DNA of 64,000 nt from Hydrurus foetidus. Its lineage: Eukaryota. Position numbers and translations under genes: made by a program. Numbering within the stretch: position 1 is the stretch's first letter; the number at the start of each line of letters is the position of its first letter. Positions 50,777-64,000 of this stretch are shown piece by piece. Below the pieces are notes generated by a model. The model ran no database searches and had not been told where the DNA came from. It saw nothing but the letters and a program-made list of their open reading frames with translations. The stretch spans positions 1-64,000 of the forward strand of contig UYFQ01000292.1 of the NCBI GenBank assembly GCA_900617105.1. The letters run 5' to 3'.

Positions 50777-53677
50777 ATGAACTTTTCATATCGCCATTGG
50801 GATGCAGTGCTGTTCTGCCTGACTTTTTTCCAGCAAAGTTTATCTTTGACCAGAAGTAGCTTACCTGCCACGAGGAAGTTTTTGACTCTACCAGCACCAG
50901 AATTAGAGGTTTCAAGTTCAACGTCGAATCCATTAATTTTGCGAGTGTTGCAGTTCAACTCCCTTGCTGATGGTTTAGCTGGGCTCCGTCCTGACTTAGG
51001 TCGCTTCAATCGAGCCTCAAAAGAGATTTTGTCATGGGATCACAGGAAAAGTCGCATTCTGCACGAAATTACTCAATATGAGCCTGATATTATTACGATG
51101 CAAGAGGTGGACCATTACTACGACTTCTTCTTACCGGAACTAAGTGCCCGTGGGTACACTGGTTTCTTTGCCCCCAAACCCACATCAGCATGCTTAGAGG
51201 TATCAAAGAATGAGGATGGTTGTGCAATGTTTGTGAAAAGGAAAAAACTGCGTGTGATATCTTGTGAAACGAAAACGTTAGCACTTTCAATAGCTGGGCA
51301 AAATGCAGATGGTGAATTGGTTGAAGATGACAAAAGCATCAAGGCACAGAGCCAAGTTGGATTAATAGCTGTGTGTGAGATATGCAACTGGCAGCCTCCT
51401 AACTTCAACAGCAGCAGCACGAAGAGAGTCTTCACTCTGGATGAATACGAGAAGCGTGATATCCAGCAAGAAGAGGAGGAGTTCGCCAGACAGAATTCTC
51501 CCCCTCCTATTATCATATCTACGACCCATTTGAAGTCTTCCAAATCTTACACTGGAGAAAGATATCGTCAAAAAGGTAAAATATGTATTCGTGAAAAGTG
51601 TGGATGAGAAGTACGATATCGTTGACTGCTGTGTAAGTGCAGCACAAAATGTGTTTGTCCCATTTGTAAAAGAATTTGGATATGCTTACTGAATGCAATA
51701 AGTGTGTTCAACACACGTGTTCACGCGATACGTATTTCTGTGACATATATGTAGGTGTGATGCAGATACTGAACGACACAGACAAGATCTACACAGCGAT
51801 GTCGGCAGCAGGTGAACATACTAACTTTTGCTCTCCTTTTTAAAACTCTACTATTAATAACTGTTTTGAAATAACCAAGTCTTATTTCATTTCATCTGCT
51901 ATTGTAATCTTTCTTGTCTCAATATGTGTATTTTATAAGGGTTGTAACCTTTATTGTACTGTACTGTACTGTACTACTGTACTGTACTGTACTGTACTGT
52001 ACTGTACTGTACTGTACTGTACTGTACTGTACTGTACTGTACTGTACTGTACTGTACTGTACTGTACTGTACTGTACTGTACTGTACTGTACTGTACTGT
52101 ACTGTACTGTACTGTACTGTACTGTATTGTACTGTACTGTATTGTACTGTACTGTACTGTACTGTACTGTACTGTACTGTACTGTACTGTACTGTACTGT
52201 ACTGTACTGTACTACACTGTACCGTACTATGCTAAACTGTACCGTACCGTACTGTACTGTACTGTACTATTCTATACTGCCAAACTTAAGACCCTCATAT
52301 ATTCTACTTGATCCCCTTCATCCCCTTTAGGACGCACCCCTGCAGTTGTTCTGTTAGGATGTTTTAATGCAGTGGCGGAACAGTGTACGTACCCCCCTCT
52401 AACTTACAGAGCTGTCAAAGGTACGTACGTACGTATTTATGTATGTCTGTATGTACATGTGTATGTAATATTTGTATGTGTGCCTGTATATACGTAAGTA
52501 TGCATGTTATTATGTATGAATATATGTATGAAATGTATATATGTACGTAAGTTCATTTATATGAATGAGTGAATGTATGAATGAATGCATGCAGGCATGT
52601 ATGTATGTACGTACGTGTGTAACGTTAGTGTGAGTGTGCGTTAGTTTGGAACGGGAGCAGCGTTGTTTTGATACCAGTCCGTTCATATCGGAGTGCTAGT
52701 TTCTCTGTGCAGCAGTAAACTCGAAAACGTCTATGTACTCCGCTGCATAAAGAGTATCTATACATGACAATATTCTACGTGTGCTGAATCGTATTATGCT
52801 ATATCATATCGCAACATATCATTTTGCTTGATATCTTCATTCTTACATAAACATATCCAGTTCTGTCCCATCTATTCACTCATGCCCGGACCTATCCTTA
52901 TTATCCTCATCTATTCTATATTATCCTCATCTACTCCCTACTATGCTGTGCTGTGCTGTGCTATGCTATTTAACAGGACATCGTCTGGGACTGCGTAGTG
53001 TGTACAACGAAGACGTGCCTCTCAGCCCCACACCATTGAGCAGTAGAGATCTATACAGTACTTGGAAATCGAGAGAAAAATTTCAAAAAGAATTCGTAGT
53101 CAAAAGATCAATTGACTATATATTTTATTCCCCTTATAAAAAAGGTAGTAAAATGAAAAAGTCAGTGGAGACTTCAGAAAAGAAAAAAGAAGAAAATGCG
53201 GTAGCCTATTCAGTGCAACAAGTTTTGATAACGATTATTCTTCGTTTTCTCGTATTTTTTGCCTGGGGATTGTTGCCGATATCATCTCTATTAAGCGCAA
53301 CAATGGACTGGTCTGAAAAAATAGTAGTTATTTCATTGTCGATTATAGGATTGTCCATTTTTGAAGTCGCGTCAGAAGGGACGGTATTCAAGCCGGAGAT
53401 GGCCGCACCGTATTCCAGTATAGCCCCTAAGTTCTTAGCGATGAGTAATGAGAAACTGGCAGAGAAAAGAGTGGCGGAGAGGATGATACGAGCACGTGTT
53501 GGTGCGCTCAGTAGCTATCTGATGCCAAAACAAAGTAGTGATGGTCGTCCCGGCTTGCGCTGCTTGTCTGTGTTGGACGTTTTTAGTGAAGCAGAGATGG
53601 GCGAGATGTTGATTCCCTCGGAGTCCTATCCGTCCGATCACATCGCCATAGCTTCTGATCTACAATTGCTGTGGTGA
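50777..53677 (+). CDS. Nocturnin/CCR4-like EEP family phosphatase, 4 exons
   Basis: Exons about 50777-51575, 51755-51811, 52331-52420 and 52978-53677; LQFNSLADGL, W..RK..IL.EI, MQEVDHY, DGCAMF, TTHLKS, GCFNA, IDYIFY, YPSDH. Confidence 0.88.
51954..52268. repeat. Intronic (TACTG)n array
   Basis: Visible pentamer array. Confidence 0.97.
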
Positions 53678-53986
53678 ACACAGAAATAGAAACAGAGGAC
53701 AGTTTACAAATATATATATATTGTACTTTAAAACAGCGTTTTTTGTGAGCCCTTTTTTTTCGTATTTCACTTTCCCTCTTTTCTTTTGTGTTACTTTTTT
53801 AAGTCGGTTTGAAGGAAATCCTCTTCATTCTAAATTTGATCTTTAGCAGTGTGCATCATATGTGCGTACGATACTATAAAAAATGTCTTTTTGAAAATAA
53901 TACAAGACTAAATTATGTATGAGTTAAACAAAATACAATTTCTCATTTAAAGTCTTGCATTCTTGAAATATTTGAGAACACATGGT

Positions 53987-54383
53987 AAGAAACGATAAGA
54001 TAAGATACGATAAGATAAGATACGATAAGATACGATACGATAAGAAACGATAAGATAAGATACGATAAGATACGATACGATAAGATACGACACGATAAGA
54101 TAAGATACGATAAGATAAGATACGATAAGATAAGAAACGATAAGATACGATAAGATACGATAAGATCAGATACGATAAGATACGATAAGATAAAATAAGA
54201 TACGATAAGATAAGATAAAATAAGATATGATAAGATACGATAAGATAAGATACGATAAGATACGATAAGATAAGATACGATAAGATACGATAAGATAAGA
54301 TCAGATACGATACGATAAGATCAGATACGATAAGATACGATAAGATACGATAAGATAAGATACGATAAGATAAGATACGATAC
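53987..54383. repeat. (GATAA)/(GATAC) pentamer array, apparently intergenic
   Basis: Interspersed GATAA and GATAC units. Confidence 0.95.
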
Positions 54384-55973
54384 TGGCAAATATAAATATG
54401 ACTGAGATTTTATGCGTTGTTTGAAAAAGAGTTTAAGAAGAGTTCACTGCAGAACATATGGGAGGAAAGATATTGAATAGATAGGTTCAGACGTCTCCGA
54501 GGTAGGAAATGACTGAGCAAACTAGCTCCCTATGACAATTGATAAGTGCCTTTCCCACGAAGCAAGAAAGGAACTGAACAAAGTAAGTAATGATGCAGAT
54601 GGAAAATCACATCAGCGTAGCGTCATATCATTATAATGCAGCATAGCATAGATACAGAATGAAGGAATGAGAAATAAGAAATGAGAAAATAAGGAAGGCA
54701 ATCCGAGTAACAAAAGTCGGATTAGAACGGGACTAATTAGTAATCCAATCGGAGCTAGCTGCCATTGAAAATCCTAAAAAATCTTTCAAGAAAAGAAATT
54801 ACAAATACAGGCTAATGTATCAGTGGTCTACAAGAAAAAAAAAAAAAAATGAACGATGAAAATGAATATAAAAAAAGTAATAAAATGCTAAAAAAGAAGT
54901 TTAGCGTTAGCGATGCCACCGTACAGAAAGAAAGACAAAAAGAAAGGATCAATATTGCAGGAGAGATGCAAGCCTATGACAAACTGAAAAAAGAGTGAAG
55001 ATGTCCGTGCACACGGATAGGAAGAATAAAAATTTACAAATCATCTGAAAGAGAAAGAACAAAATTGCTCCGAAACACTTTACTTACGACACCAATATAC
55101 TTCTCATTTATCATCCGAATTTGTTACACACATAAAATATCACACATCTCCGCGTAACAGTCAGGAAGTGAGCAACTCTGAGAATAACTGATATGTGCTA
55201 GAATCCGTAAATTCATTGAACAATAACTAGCGCAATTTCGTGATTCTCAGAACAAAGCTAGAATCACGAATTTGATTCACGGTTTGTACTGGAGTTAGAT
55301 AGGAATACATCTCTTCTCGAACCTTTTCTAGATGATATTTTACAATTTCGGATATTTGGTGAAATTATTACCGATTCGCAATTGGAGAGAAATCTTATTT
55401 TGTTTCAAATCTGCACGTAAACATCTCCTCTTCATATGTGTTTTACCTTCAGGATTAAATATGCCTGATAAGGTGATCAATTGCACCTCCTCTCCATGTC
55501 TTAAATAGATGTGCTCCATTTTGTGTTTCACATAGTGTTCGCCAATGCACTGCGCGACTTGAGAAAATTCTGTTTGAATATTCCCGGCATTCTTAGAGAT
55601 GTCGAGAAATCAAGATTCATGATACCTCTCTACGTAATGAAGATTTGGTACGCCAATCTGAAGATATAGTTCGCCATTCAGCAGTTGTAAATGATGGATA
55701 ACTTCTATCAGTCAAAGATGACATTCCTCCGATCTTCATTCGTACGTGGCTACTGCATTGCAAGAAAATATGGACTGTAAGAAACTTTTGTTTAAGAACA
55801 TTTAAGAGGTCAGGACTGAGGGAGAAACCATTTACGCTTGCGATATGAGTGATTATTGTATATACAAAATAACCTAGCAAATGAATTTCCATTCTTTGAT
55901 GAATTGCAATACGCATCGCACTACCAAGAACATTCTTCATTCAAGAATTCTCAATGCCAAGAACATCCTGCGT

Positions 55974-56832
55974 TTAAGAATTCTCAGAGCCCATTACAAA
56001 CGAATGCACAGCAAATGCAAAAAATAACATCCCACCAACAGTCGCCACCGCTTTTTCTGATATTCTAGCCGCAAGCATACGGCCGCCGACAACGGCCACA
56101 CCAGTGCAAAACGCGTGCCCTATTAGACCCCCTAAAACGACACCAAAAGGGTTTTTGGAGGCTGCCAGCGCAATCGTAGCTATCTGGGATCTGTCGCCCC
56201 ACTCCGCCAGAAAAGTTAATGTAAATGCTTGGGTGAATACTCGCAACTGCTCTGCGCCCTTTGAAGGACTTTGTTTCGAAGATTTTTTGCTCTCTCCGCC
56301 CTCGACATCGTGTTTGTCCTCATCTCCACCACCCTCTGTTTTTTTGTCGATCAGTTCCTCCTCTACTTCAAGCAATTCGTCAGAAGCCTTGCCTCCTTCC
56401 ATCTCGTATGCGTCTTTTAGTAAACGGAATCCAAAGTACAAAAATAGAATTATACTTGCGATATGTGTGTACTGTTTCGGCAGCAGAGACGGAAGTGCAA
56501 ATCCCATCAGAACTGACAAGATGTGCATGACTGCAAGAGCGCCCATCGCGCCGAGGTAGACGACCAATCTGCCATTCCTCATTGCTAGCACCTGAGTAAC
56601 AGCGAATTTCAGTACATGTTAAGTGAACTGAAGGATTGGAGAATACAGCTAAAATGATTCAATTTCTTACCGCTGCAATGAAAAAAGTTTTGTCTCCGAT
56701 CTCGGTGACTAAAATGACAACTAGCGACTTTACGGTTGCGCTAAAAAAGTCGGTGCCACGAGTAATGGCCAGCTCAGAAAGCATTAGACTGGCTTTTTGT
56801 CCGACGACAGGATCAGACACAATGGAGGCCAT
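55974..56832 (-). CDS. GDT1: GDT1/TMEM165 (UPF0016) Ca2+/Mn2+ transporter
   Basis: Two signature motifs EIGDKTFFIAA and FLAEWGDRSQIATIALA; intron about 56592-56670; an upstream exon is possible. Confidence 0.93.
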
Positions 56833-57492
56833 GGAAGACGAATACAGCTAGCTCCGGATAACTCAATAATTGAGGCCTGTGTCCAGATGCCACCACTCCA
56901 CCAGTCGATCAAGCAAAAATGACCGAAGGTTCCTTGCTTACCAGTTCCAGCAGTGCCTGTTCCCCAAATGATCTGGCAAAAAATCATCTGTTTCGGATCG
57001 AAAGTTTGCTCGAGTTGCGGGCTCCTCGAGATTCGACTGCGGGGGAGGTTTTTAATTTTTAGAGATCTCTCAACAATAAAGCCTTCTTTCAGTAAATTAG
57101 CTGCATATTCAAATAAAAAGTAGGATTGTATTTGAATATTTGCTTTTGGAACGTCGAAGTTTCTTCACAGTGGAATATCTTCTAGTCTCTACATCGAATG
57201 GTACCATAATTTAACTCGTCCTGACAACCAAATATCCACTCTTTTCCTCAATAACGATCAATCGTTGACACAATTTAGTTACTGTCCATAAAAAGTCAAC
57301 TTGTGTGAGGGAAATTTGATTGTTGACGATACTTTTACAGAAATTCCATCGAAATATGCTCGAGCCGTGTCGTGGAGTGACATTTTAGATAAAGCAACTT
57401 TCAGTCCGATCGATAACAAACTGATTTTGTGAGTCATAGATTTCTCAAACGAGAACTGTGTGAAGTGCATACTATAACACCGAAGATATCAC

Positions 57493-60238
57493 ATGCTGCA
57501 ATTTGTCAGCTCCTTTGAGGAGCTTATGGTATCGCTGGGATATTTCTACTTGACTATTCAGAGTTACATGGCGAAGGACTCGAAATGGATTATCAACTTA
57601 ACAGTGCTGTCTTTCATGATCTCGTGCTTCTACACTGCAAAAGTCTATGAAAGGAAACGCCGTGATCTTTTCATCGTTTGCCAAAATAGTCCGTTCAACA
57701 TAAAAGTTGCATCAGCTTTGAGAGACAATATTGGAGATTACCAACCTCCTTGGTGGTATAATCGTCACTTCGGCACAATGATTCCTTTTGGATACAATCC
57801 AAATTTAACCTACGAGCGAGAGATATTTACAGTGGAAGATGCATGCTTCGCAGTAGACTGGTTTCCTAGGAAACCAGTGCAGCAAACTTCCTCTTCAAAA
57901 GCGTTTAAAATTTGTGTTTTTTATCCTGGACTAGGATTAGGATCGCAGAATGTAAGATCGTACTTGATTTAGTATCTAACCTCCTGTTTTGTAAACGCTT
58001 AATCTAACTTGGCCCAATGCGATGCTATGACATGTTATTATCGTCACAGAAATTTGCACAGCAATTTGTGCTTGCCATGTCGCAGCAAGGATTCTACTCA
58101 GCAATAGTGACTTCAAGAGGTGTCGATATTCCTCTGAAAACATCACGGTATGAGAGCAATTATATAAAATAAATCATGTAACTGTTTCTCCATCATCATG
58201 TCATGATGATAATTCTGATTTTACTTCGTATGACATTACTGGCATGCAAATGTTCCTACGAATCATCTCTTAAGTACGCATGCAGTCCAGTATTTCTATC
58301 TCTGACGTACGTCAACGAACGTTCTTCATATTCTTAACAGATTCTGGCATCCTGGACTGTATGACGATTCAAAACTCGTTCTGCAACACATAGATCAAAT
58401 CATTCCTAACGCAGATATATTCCTAGTGGGATTTTCTGCGGGAACAAATATTGTTCAAAAAACGGTTTTAGACGTCAGTTTAAGCGTACGTATTCGAGGT
58501 ATACTTTGTGTGTGTGTGGTGCGGGATTATATCGAAGCCAGGAATGCGCTTGAAGATACGTTTCAAGGAAGAATGTATTCTAGATTGATGACGTCTCTGT
58601 GGAAGGTGGGTCAGTCAGAATATATGAGTGATTGAGTGAGTGATTGAGTGGGGGAGTGAATGAGGGATCTAATGAGGGATTGTATGAGGGATCGAATGAG
58701 GGATCTAATGGGGGATTGTATGAGGGATCGAATGAGGGATTGAATGAGGGATTGAATGAGGGATCGAATGAGGGATTGAATGAGGGATTGAATGAGGGAT
58801 TGAATGAGGGATCGAATGAGGGATTGAATGAGGGAGTGAATGAGGGATTGAGTGAGGGATTGAGTGAGGGATTGAGTGAGGGAGTGAGTGGGGGATTCAA
58901 CGAGGGATTCAATGAGTTTGAACATTACAAAGCAAGTAATCTGTCAGTGATTCTAGGGACAAGTAGAGGGCGAACTTGTATTGGTGAATTGAAACCGTAT
59001 ATTCTGCTTCTTTACTGATGAGTTGAGTAGCTACACTTTAATACGTCTTCAGCGAAGTGTGTTAAGTAATACTATACTGTGGTGATATATTGAGAAATAG
59101 AGGTAGTGAAAGAGAATGAGGGTGTGAAGGGTGTCGACGGGAGAGGGATAGCATGAGTGAGTTAAGTGGACATCGACTGAGTATATTAATTTTTGTGGAA
59201 GTACTCCAAAGCGTTACGGGTGTACTCAAGGCTCTTCATTTATTCCAGGTCCACGTTTAATCTGGACCCACCCCTATACACGACAATTACCTGTACCGTA
59301 CTTTTTTCAGTTTTCAGTACGGTCAGTTAATTGTCGTTTATAGGGATGGGTCCAGATTAAACGTGGACCTGGAATAAATGAAGAGCCTTGTACAGCGAAA
59401 AATTGTCACTAACTATTATCGAATTACAGCAGTCAATTTATTTCCAATTTGTTTTACACTGTTACCCGTTACGAAATGCAGGAAATCATACACAAGAATT
59501 CTCACGTACACGATGAAATAGGACGACAAGAAGTGTCACGAATGATGTCATGCACGTACTTGAGTGAGTACGACAAGATAGCATGCAGTGCTGTATACGG
59601 GTACTCTTCAGAATCAGAGTATGCAGAAGCGGTGTCGAGTATAGGTAGGTCTCTACTATTCATTCTTAGCAGCTATAATTGTGTTGTGTTGTGTTGTGTT
59701 GTGTTGTGTTGTGTTGTGTTGTGTTGTGTTGTGTTGTGTGTCGTGTCGTGTCGTGTCGTGTCGTGTCGTGGTGTCGTGTCGTGTGGTGTGTTGTATAGTG
59801 TTGTGTTGTATTGTATTGTATTGTATTGTGTTGTATTGTGTTGTATTGTATTGTATTGTATTGTATTGTATAATATTGTATTGTATTGTATTGTATTGTG
59901 TTGCACTGTACTTTATTGAAATGTATCAAATTGAGAAGTCATCCCTGAATAGCAATATCATATTTCTGTATTTGAAAATGAGCTGTATGAACCACGTATA
60001 TCGCTTTGTATTTTAAAATGCGGTGGAAGGAAATCCCGTAGACTGCTGTTTTGTTGTTGCCTTGATAATACAGTGTTCTACATTGCGCAGTCTCTCGCTT
60101 TCTGCTTTATTATTTTCTCTGCTCATCTTCGTCAATCGCTCATTTGCCTTCAGTTCACCGTACTCTACGTAACTTATTTAACTCGGTTATTAATGTATAT
60201 TATGAGTGATATTAATATTGTTACTATTATTATTTTTG

Positions 60239-60285
<47 letters not shown>

Positions 60286-61169
60286 ATTATTTTAGTCAGT
60301 GTTGTTGTGATCGCATATTATTTTATTATCATTAACATTATTATCACTGATCTTTTAATCACTCTCATTAATCTTCTCTGATTCAATTCAGGAACCAGAG
60401 GCATCCACGTTCCATTTCTCGCCCTTCAGCCCAGAGACGATCCGCTACACCAGGTAATCAAAACAATTTAATGAAATACATCACATCACCCTTTCCAAAA
60501 TGAAACCGCAGAATCGAGCAACGTAAAAAGTTAAAATTCACAGCAACTGGAAGATTAAAATTTATCATCATGTATACGTCTCAACTAGATTCCCCCCACA
60601 CTACTTTGAAACTTCTGGATCAATTTGCATGTGACGAATTGCTCCGTGATATAATTATTTGTTTTTTTATAACCGTTTTTTCATCCTTGTACCCCCAACA
60701 TCACAGCATTAATATTAGTAACAATAGTTACTACAAAATCATGTAATGGCTGTCACACGTCTTTTAAGATATGTGTCTCCCCATTTTAACTGGATCAAGA
60801 ATACTTCCACCGTATATCTAGTTTCTGCAATTTTTCTAACTCTCTTCATTTTTCTTATTTCGTTTCATTTTGTCTTATGTTGTCCTATTTTGTCTTACTT
60901 TGTCTTATCTAGTCTTACTTAGTCTTGTTTTGTCTCATTCTGTCTCATTTCAGAGGGACGTTAGAAGCCATTTGCTAGTCGAAGAATACACAAGAAATCC
61001 GAATGTTATTTATGTGGAGCCAGAGTACGGAAATCATTTTGGATTTTATGAAGGGGGACTATTTGAATTATTTTCAAATAAAACTTCTTACACTTTTCCA
61101 GCAAAAATTGCTCTGGAATTTTTTAATTTAATATTAGAGGAAAATAATTGTAGCGCAAAAAAGGAATAG
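57493..61169 (+). CDS. Alpha/beta hydrolase, ABHD1/3-YheT-like, multi-exon
   Basis: YQPPWW..H.GT, YEREIF, AVDW, PGLGLGS, VGFSAG (nucleophile), VPFLALQPRDDP (Asp), GNHFGFYEG (His); N-terminal TM. Confidence 0.88.
58627..58913. repeat. Intronic 12-bp minisatellite (GAGGGATTGAAT)n
   Basis: More than 20 tandem variant units. Confidence 0.95.
59227..59390. mobile_element. 164-bp foldback / MITE-like inverted repeat in an ABHD intron
   Basis: 44-bp perfect terminal inverted repeat extending imperfectly to about 75 bp around a ~15-nt loop; no clean TSD. Confidence 0.7.
59679..59903. repeat. Intronic (TTGTG)n/(TCGTG)n/(TTGTA)n array
   Basis: Visible pentamer array. Confidence 0.95.
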
Positions 61170-61808
61170 AATATGTATGGAACATTATTATCTTCATTAA
61201 TAACAAAATTAAACTTATTTAAATGAAGTGAATCTGACTTTATTTGGTAAAACTGGTCGGTTTAATTAGTACTAGACTCAATATCTTTAGTGAATACGTC
61301 TAGAGAAGAGCAGAACATTCTTCGGAACATTCTTTTGATTTTCATTAGGAACATTCTTAGAACGTCATGAAGCCAATATAGTTCTAATTGAAATTCTGTT
61401 TCTGGCTCAAATTCTCAAAATACAAGTGGTGCATACGTACGTACGTACGTACATTCCAGATATCAATGAATTGTGACTTTTGTCCATTTTCAAACTTCGT
61501 TTTGTAACGTACCAAATAATTCGTTTTACAGAAAATACCGGAATTATTTACGTTTTTTGAGATCTGCTTTTAAAAATACCGAATCAAGTTGTTTCCTCCA
61601 AATGTCATTTTGTATTGTCTGACTTTTAGGGGTCAATAATCACACTTGACAAAACGTAAAATAGAATTAGCATAGCGCTTATTTATTGGCAAAAATTAGA
61701 TGAAGCATTTCGGAGGATTCTAGTGGTAATAATAAACAACTGAAAAAAAGAGAGGCGGAAGAAGATATCATAAATAGACAAGAATTGCCACATATCAAGC
61801 TGCGAAAA

Positions 61809-64000
61809 TTAAGGCTGATTTTTGTTTTTTATCTTTTTCTTGCTACCGACTTGCACCGGAGCACAAACCTCACATTGTTTGAAAAAAACAAGATCAGAAG
61901 CCGGAGGGGATCGTGGATCTGAGATTCCAGTATTTCCATTTTCATCAATGATTGGATTCCATTCGTGACAGCGGCATTGCAATAATTTTCTTTTTTTGTT
62001 CTCTAAATTATCCGTTTGATTATTATTTTGATTTTTATCCCTCTCTTTTTCACTGTTATTTTTTTTGGTCTTTTCTTTGTCTTTATCTCTTTGCTTCTCT
62101 TTTTTATTGTCAATACTTGGGGTGTCAAAATCATCATTCTCATTCTCATTATCTTCTTTTCCCCCAGGGGGAAAGGCTTCTATCAGAGCTGGCATGATAG
62201 CAGGTGCCCATAGAAGATCTTGAAAAGACACCCTCATAAAGTCGAATGCTAACAGAACGTAGTCAAGGGAGTTAGGGGGGAGGGACGGGACGGAAGGGTA
62301 TCTCTGACTGAAGTGTGTGAGGATGAGTCGATATGCACGCATGTCTTTTCCCACTTGTATAGCTTCGCCTACAGTGCAGTGTCTTTTCGCTGACGCCTCT
62401 TTTAATCCTAAAATGAAATAAAAATAAAAATTAAACAAAACAAGATGACAAATAAGGTGAAATAAAACTGAGAGTAGATAAAAGAAGATGAATTCAAGGC
62501 TACAAAAAAAGTAAGATAGCTTCAATAAATTAGGTACGGTACAAATTGAAAGTGCAGAATCGAGGGAAAGAGGATATGAATAAAAAGTGACAAGATGAGT
62601 TGAATAGATAAAAGATGGAATAAAAGGTGTAGAGATGAATTGATGTGCATGGAGAAGAGAAAGAGATATGATGTAACGAATGCAGCGTACAACTGCGTTT
62701 GAAGTAAGATAATAAATAATATCCAAATACACGATGGAATGATGTTAGTACGTGGCGTACGATGTCTTCTTACACTAATACATAAAATGAGACTATTATC
62801 CGTATCTTAAGATCACAAAAATCACCTAGTTCATCGTCTTCGAATGTTGCTTCGTGAATAAGAACAGCGCAGTCCCTTCCTACTTCACAAAGCAGACGAC
62901 TAGGTCTTGTATCTCCGGAATAAACAATTTTCATTTTTTGAACAGGTTTTGCAAGAGGTATTGAGTCGATAGGAATTGAAGAAAGTTGGGAGGATTGTGT
63001 GGAATTTGGTGGATCCAAGATCCCAGTGGGACAAGTTGAAGTTGAAGTTGTGGTGTTGAGTGTGTGTGGTGAGAAGTCACTGAGAGTGATGACAGTTCCG
63101 TATGCTTGGGGACAGTGAATGACCTTAACGTTCTCCACCTGATCGATGCCGAGATCTCTCAGTATCTGTAAAGCTGCTACATAATCTTTATCAGCTTTAC
63201 CACGCCAATTAATTGCTGATCGATTAGACACACCAAAAACACCTTTAAAGTCATTTAAAGGACTCACAGGAATCTCATAAGAATACCCGGATTTGTTTGT
63301 ATTTATTTCAACTGAATTTACTGTTGAAATATTTTCACTCAGACTGGAAATTTGATTTCTCTCATACGCGTCTGAATCAGCATCTAATTTAATGTAATTT
63401 GCATCTGAATCTCCAATATGACACCAGAAGCTGTCCCCTTTCTCACCAGAATCTTTTTTATCAAATTGTCTAGAGGAGATAGGGAGATAGGAATCTCGCA
63501 GATAATCTTCTTTATCTGCCTCACAATAATCTCGTAAGAAACACAGAACAGAAGGAGGAGCAATTAATAACACCGGATAAAAAGGTAGCACACTCCCACC
63601 ATTTTCAACTTTATCACTCTCTCTTTTATTAGCTATTGTCATCAACCGTTTCCTCTCCGATAGAATCATTATCAGTCCCAAGTGATGGTCTGCGTGTGGG
63701 TGGGAAATCCAAATCAATTTCAAATTTCTCGCTAGAGTCTCTTCTATGCTATATGAAGCTGTACGATCATATTTGATGCTAATTCCATTATTTTGATGCG
63801 TGCTAGAAGAGGTAGATTTTTCTTCGTATTTGGTAGTAGTGTCTACTATTTGGTCGGGCAGTACAAGAGATGGTGTGCAGTGAGACATTCGTACCATTTG
63901 TTGCCATGTTCCTTCCCCGGCATCAAGAAGAACCGTGGACCGACCAATTCCATAGTACGTACTTTCCGTACGAACATCACAATAATTTGTATTCCGTATG
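61809..64000 (-). CDS. ELAC2: Ribonuclease Z (tRNase Z, ELAC2-like), 3' part
   Basis: LLDAGEGT, ISHPHADHHLG (HxHxDH), YSGDTRP, LIHEATF, KRHCT, LTHFSQRY; intron about 62408-62825; 5' end outside window. Confidence 0.93.

Noticed and set aside
55925..55990. Imperfect 33-bp tandem duplication at the GDT1 stop codon
   Set aside because: Two degenerate copies with no evident function.
15221..64000. RNA-processing genes (SEN34, RNase Z, nocturnin-like, NFACT-R) as a functional cluster
   Set aside because: They are tens of kb apart with unrelated genes between; no evidence beyond chance.

Overview
Eukaryotic genomic DNA with short GT-AG introns and microsatellite-filled introns. The host is probably a stramenopile (inferred from diatom CoDi-like Copia elements, not proven). 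The window holds two related minus-strand Ty1/copia LTR retrotransposons: one runs off the window start, the other is complete (20346-26264, 279-bp LTRs, AACGA target-site duplication). It also holds two hAT-type MITEs, a 164-bp foldback and about eleven host genes: a GT-A glycosyltransferase, an NFACT-R protein, a class-3 lipase, SEN34, a hypothetical protein, a GH81 glucanase, a large EF-hand/IQ protein, a nocturnin-like EEP, GDT1, an ABHD hydrolase and RNase Z. Main observation: neither Copia has a TGG-type tRNA primer-binding site. Instead, the 10-11 nt just inside the 5' LTR are complementary to a segment within that element's own LTR, which begins at an initiator-like A, and the two elements use different, co-varying sequences. 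This is the geometry of Tf1-style tRNA-independent self-priming. Both elements also share a conserved motif at the gag/pol junction (candidate -1 frameshift or splice donor). Many frameshifts fall in homopolymers and may be assembly errors.
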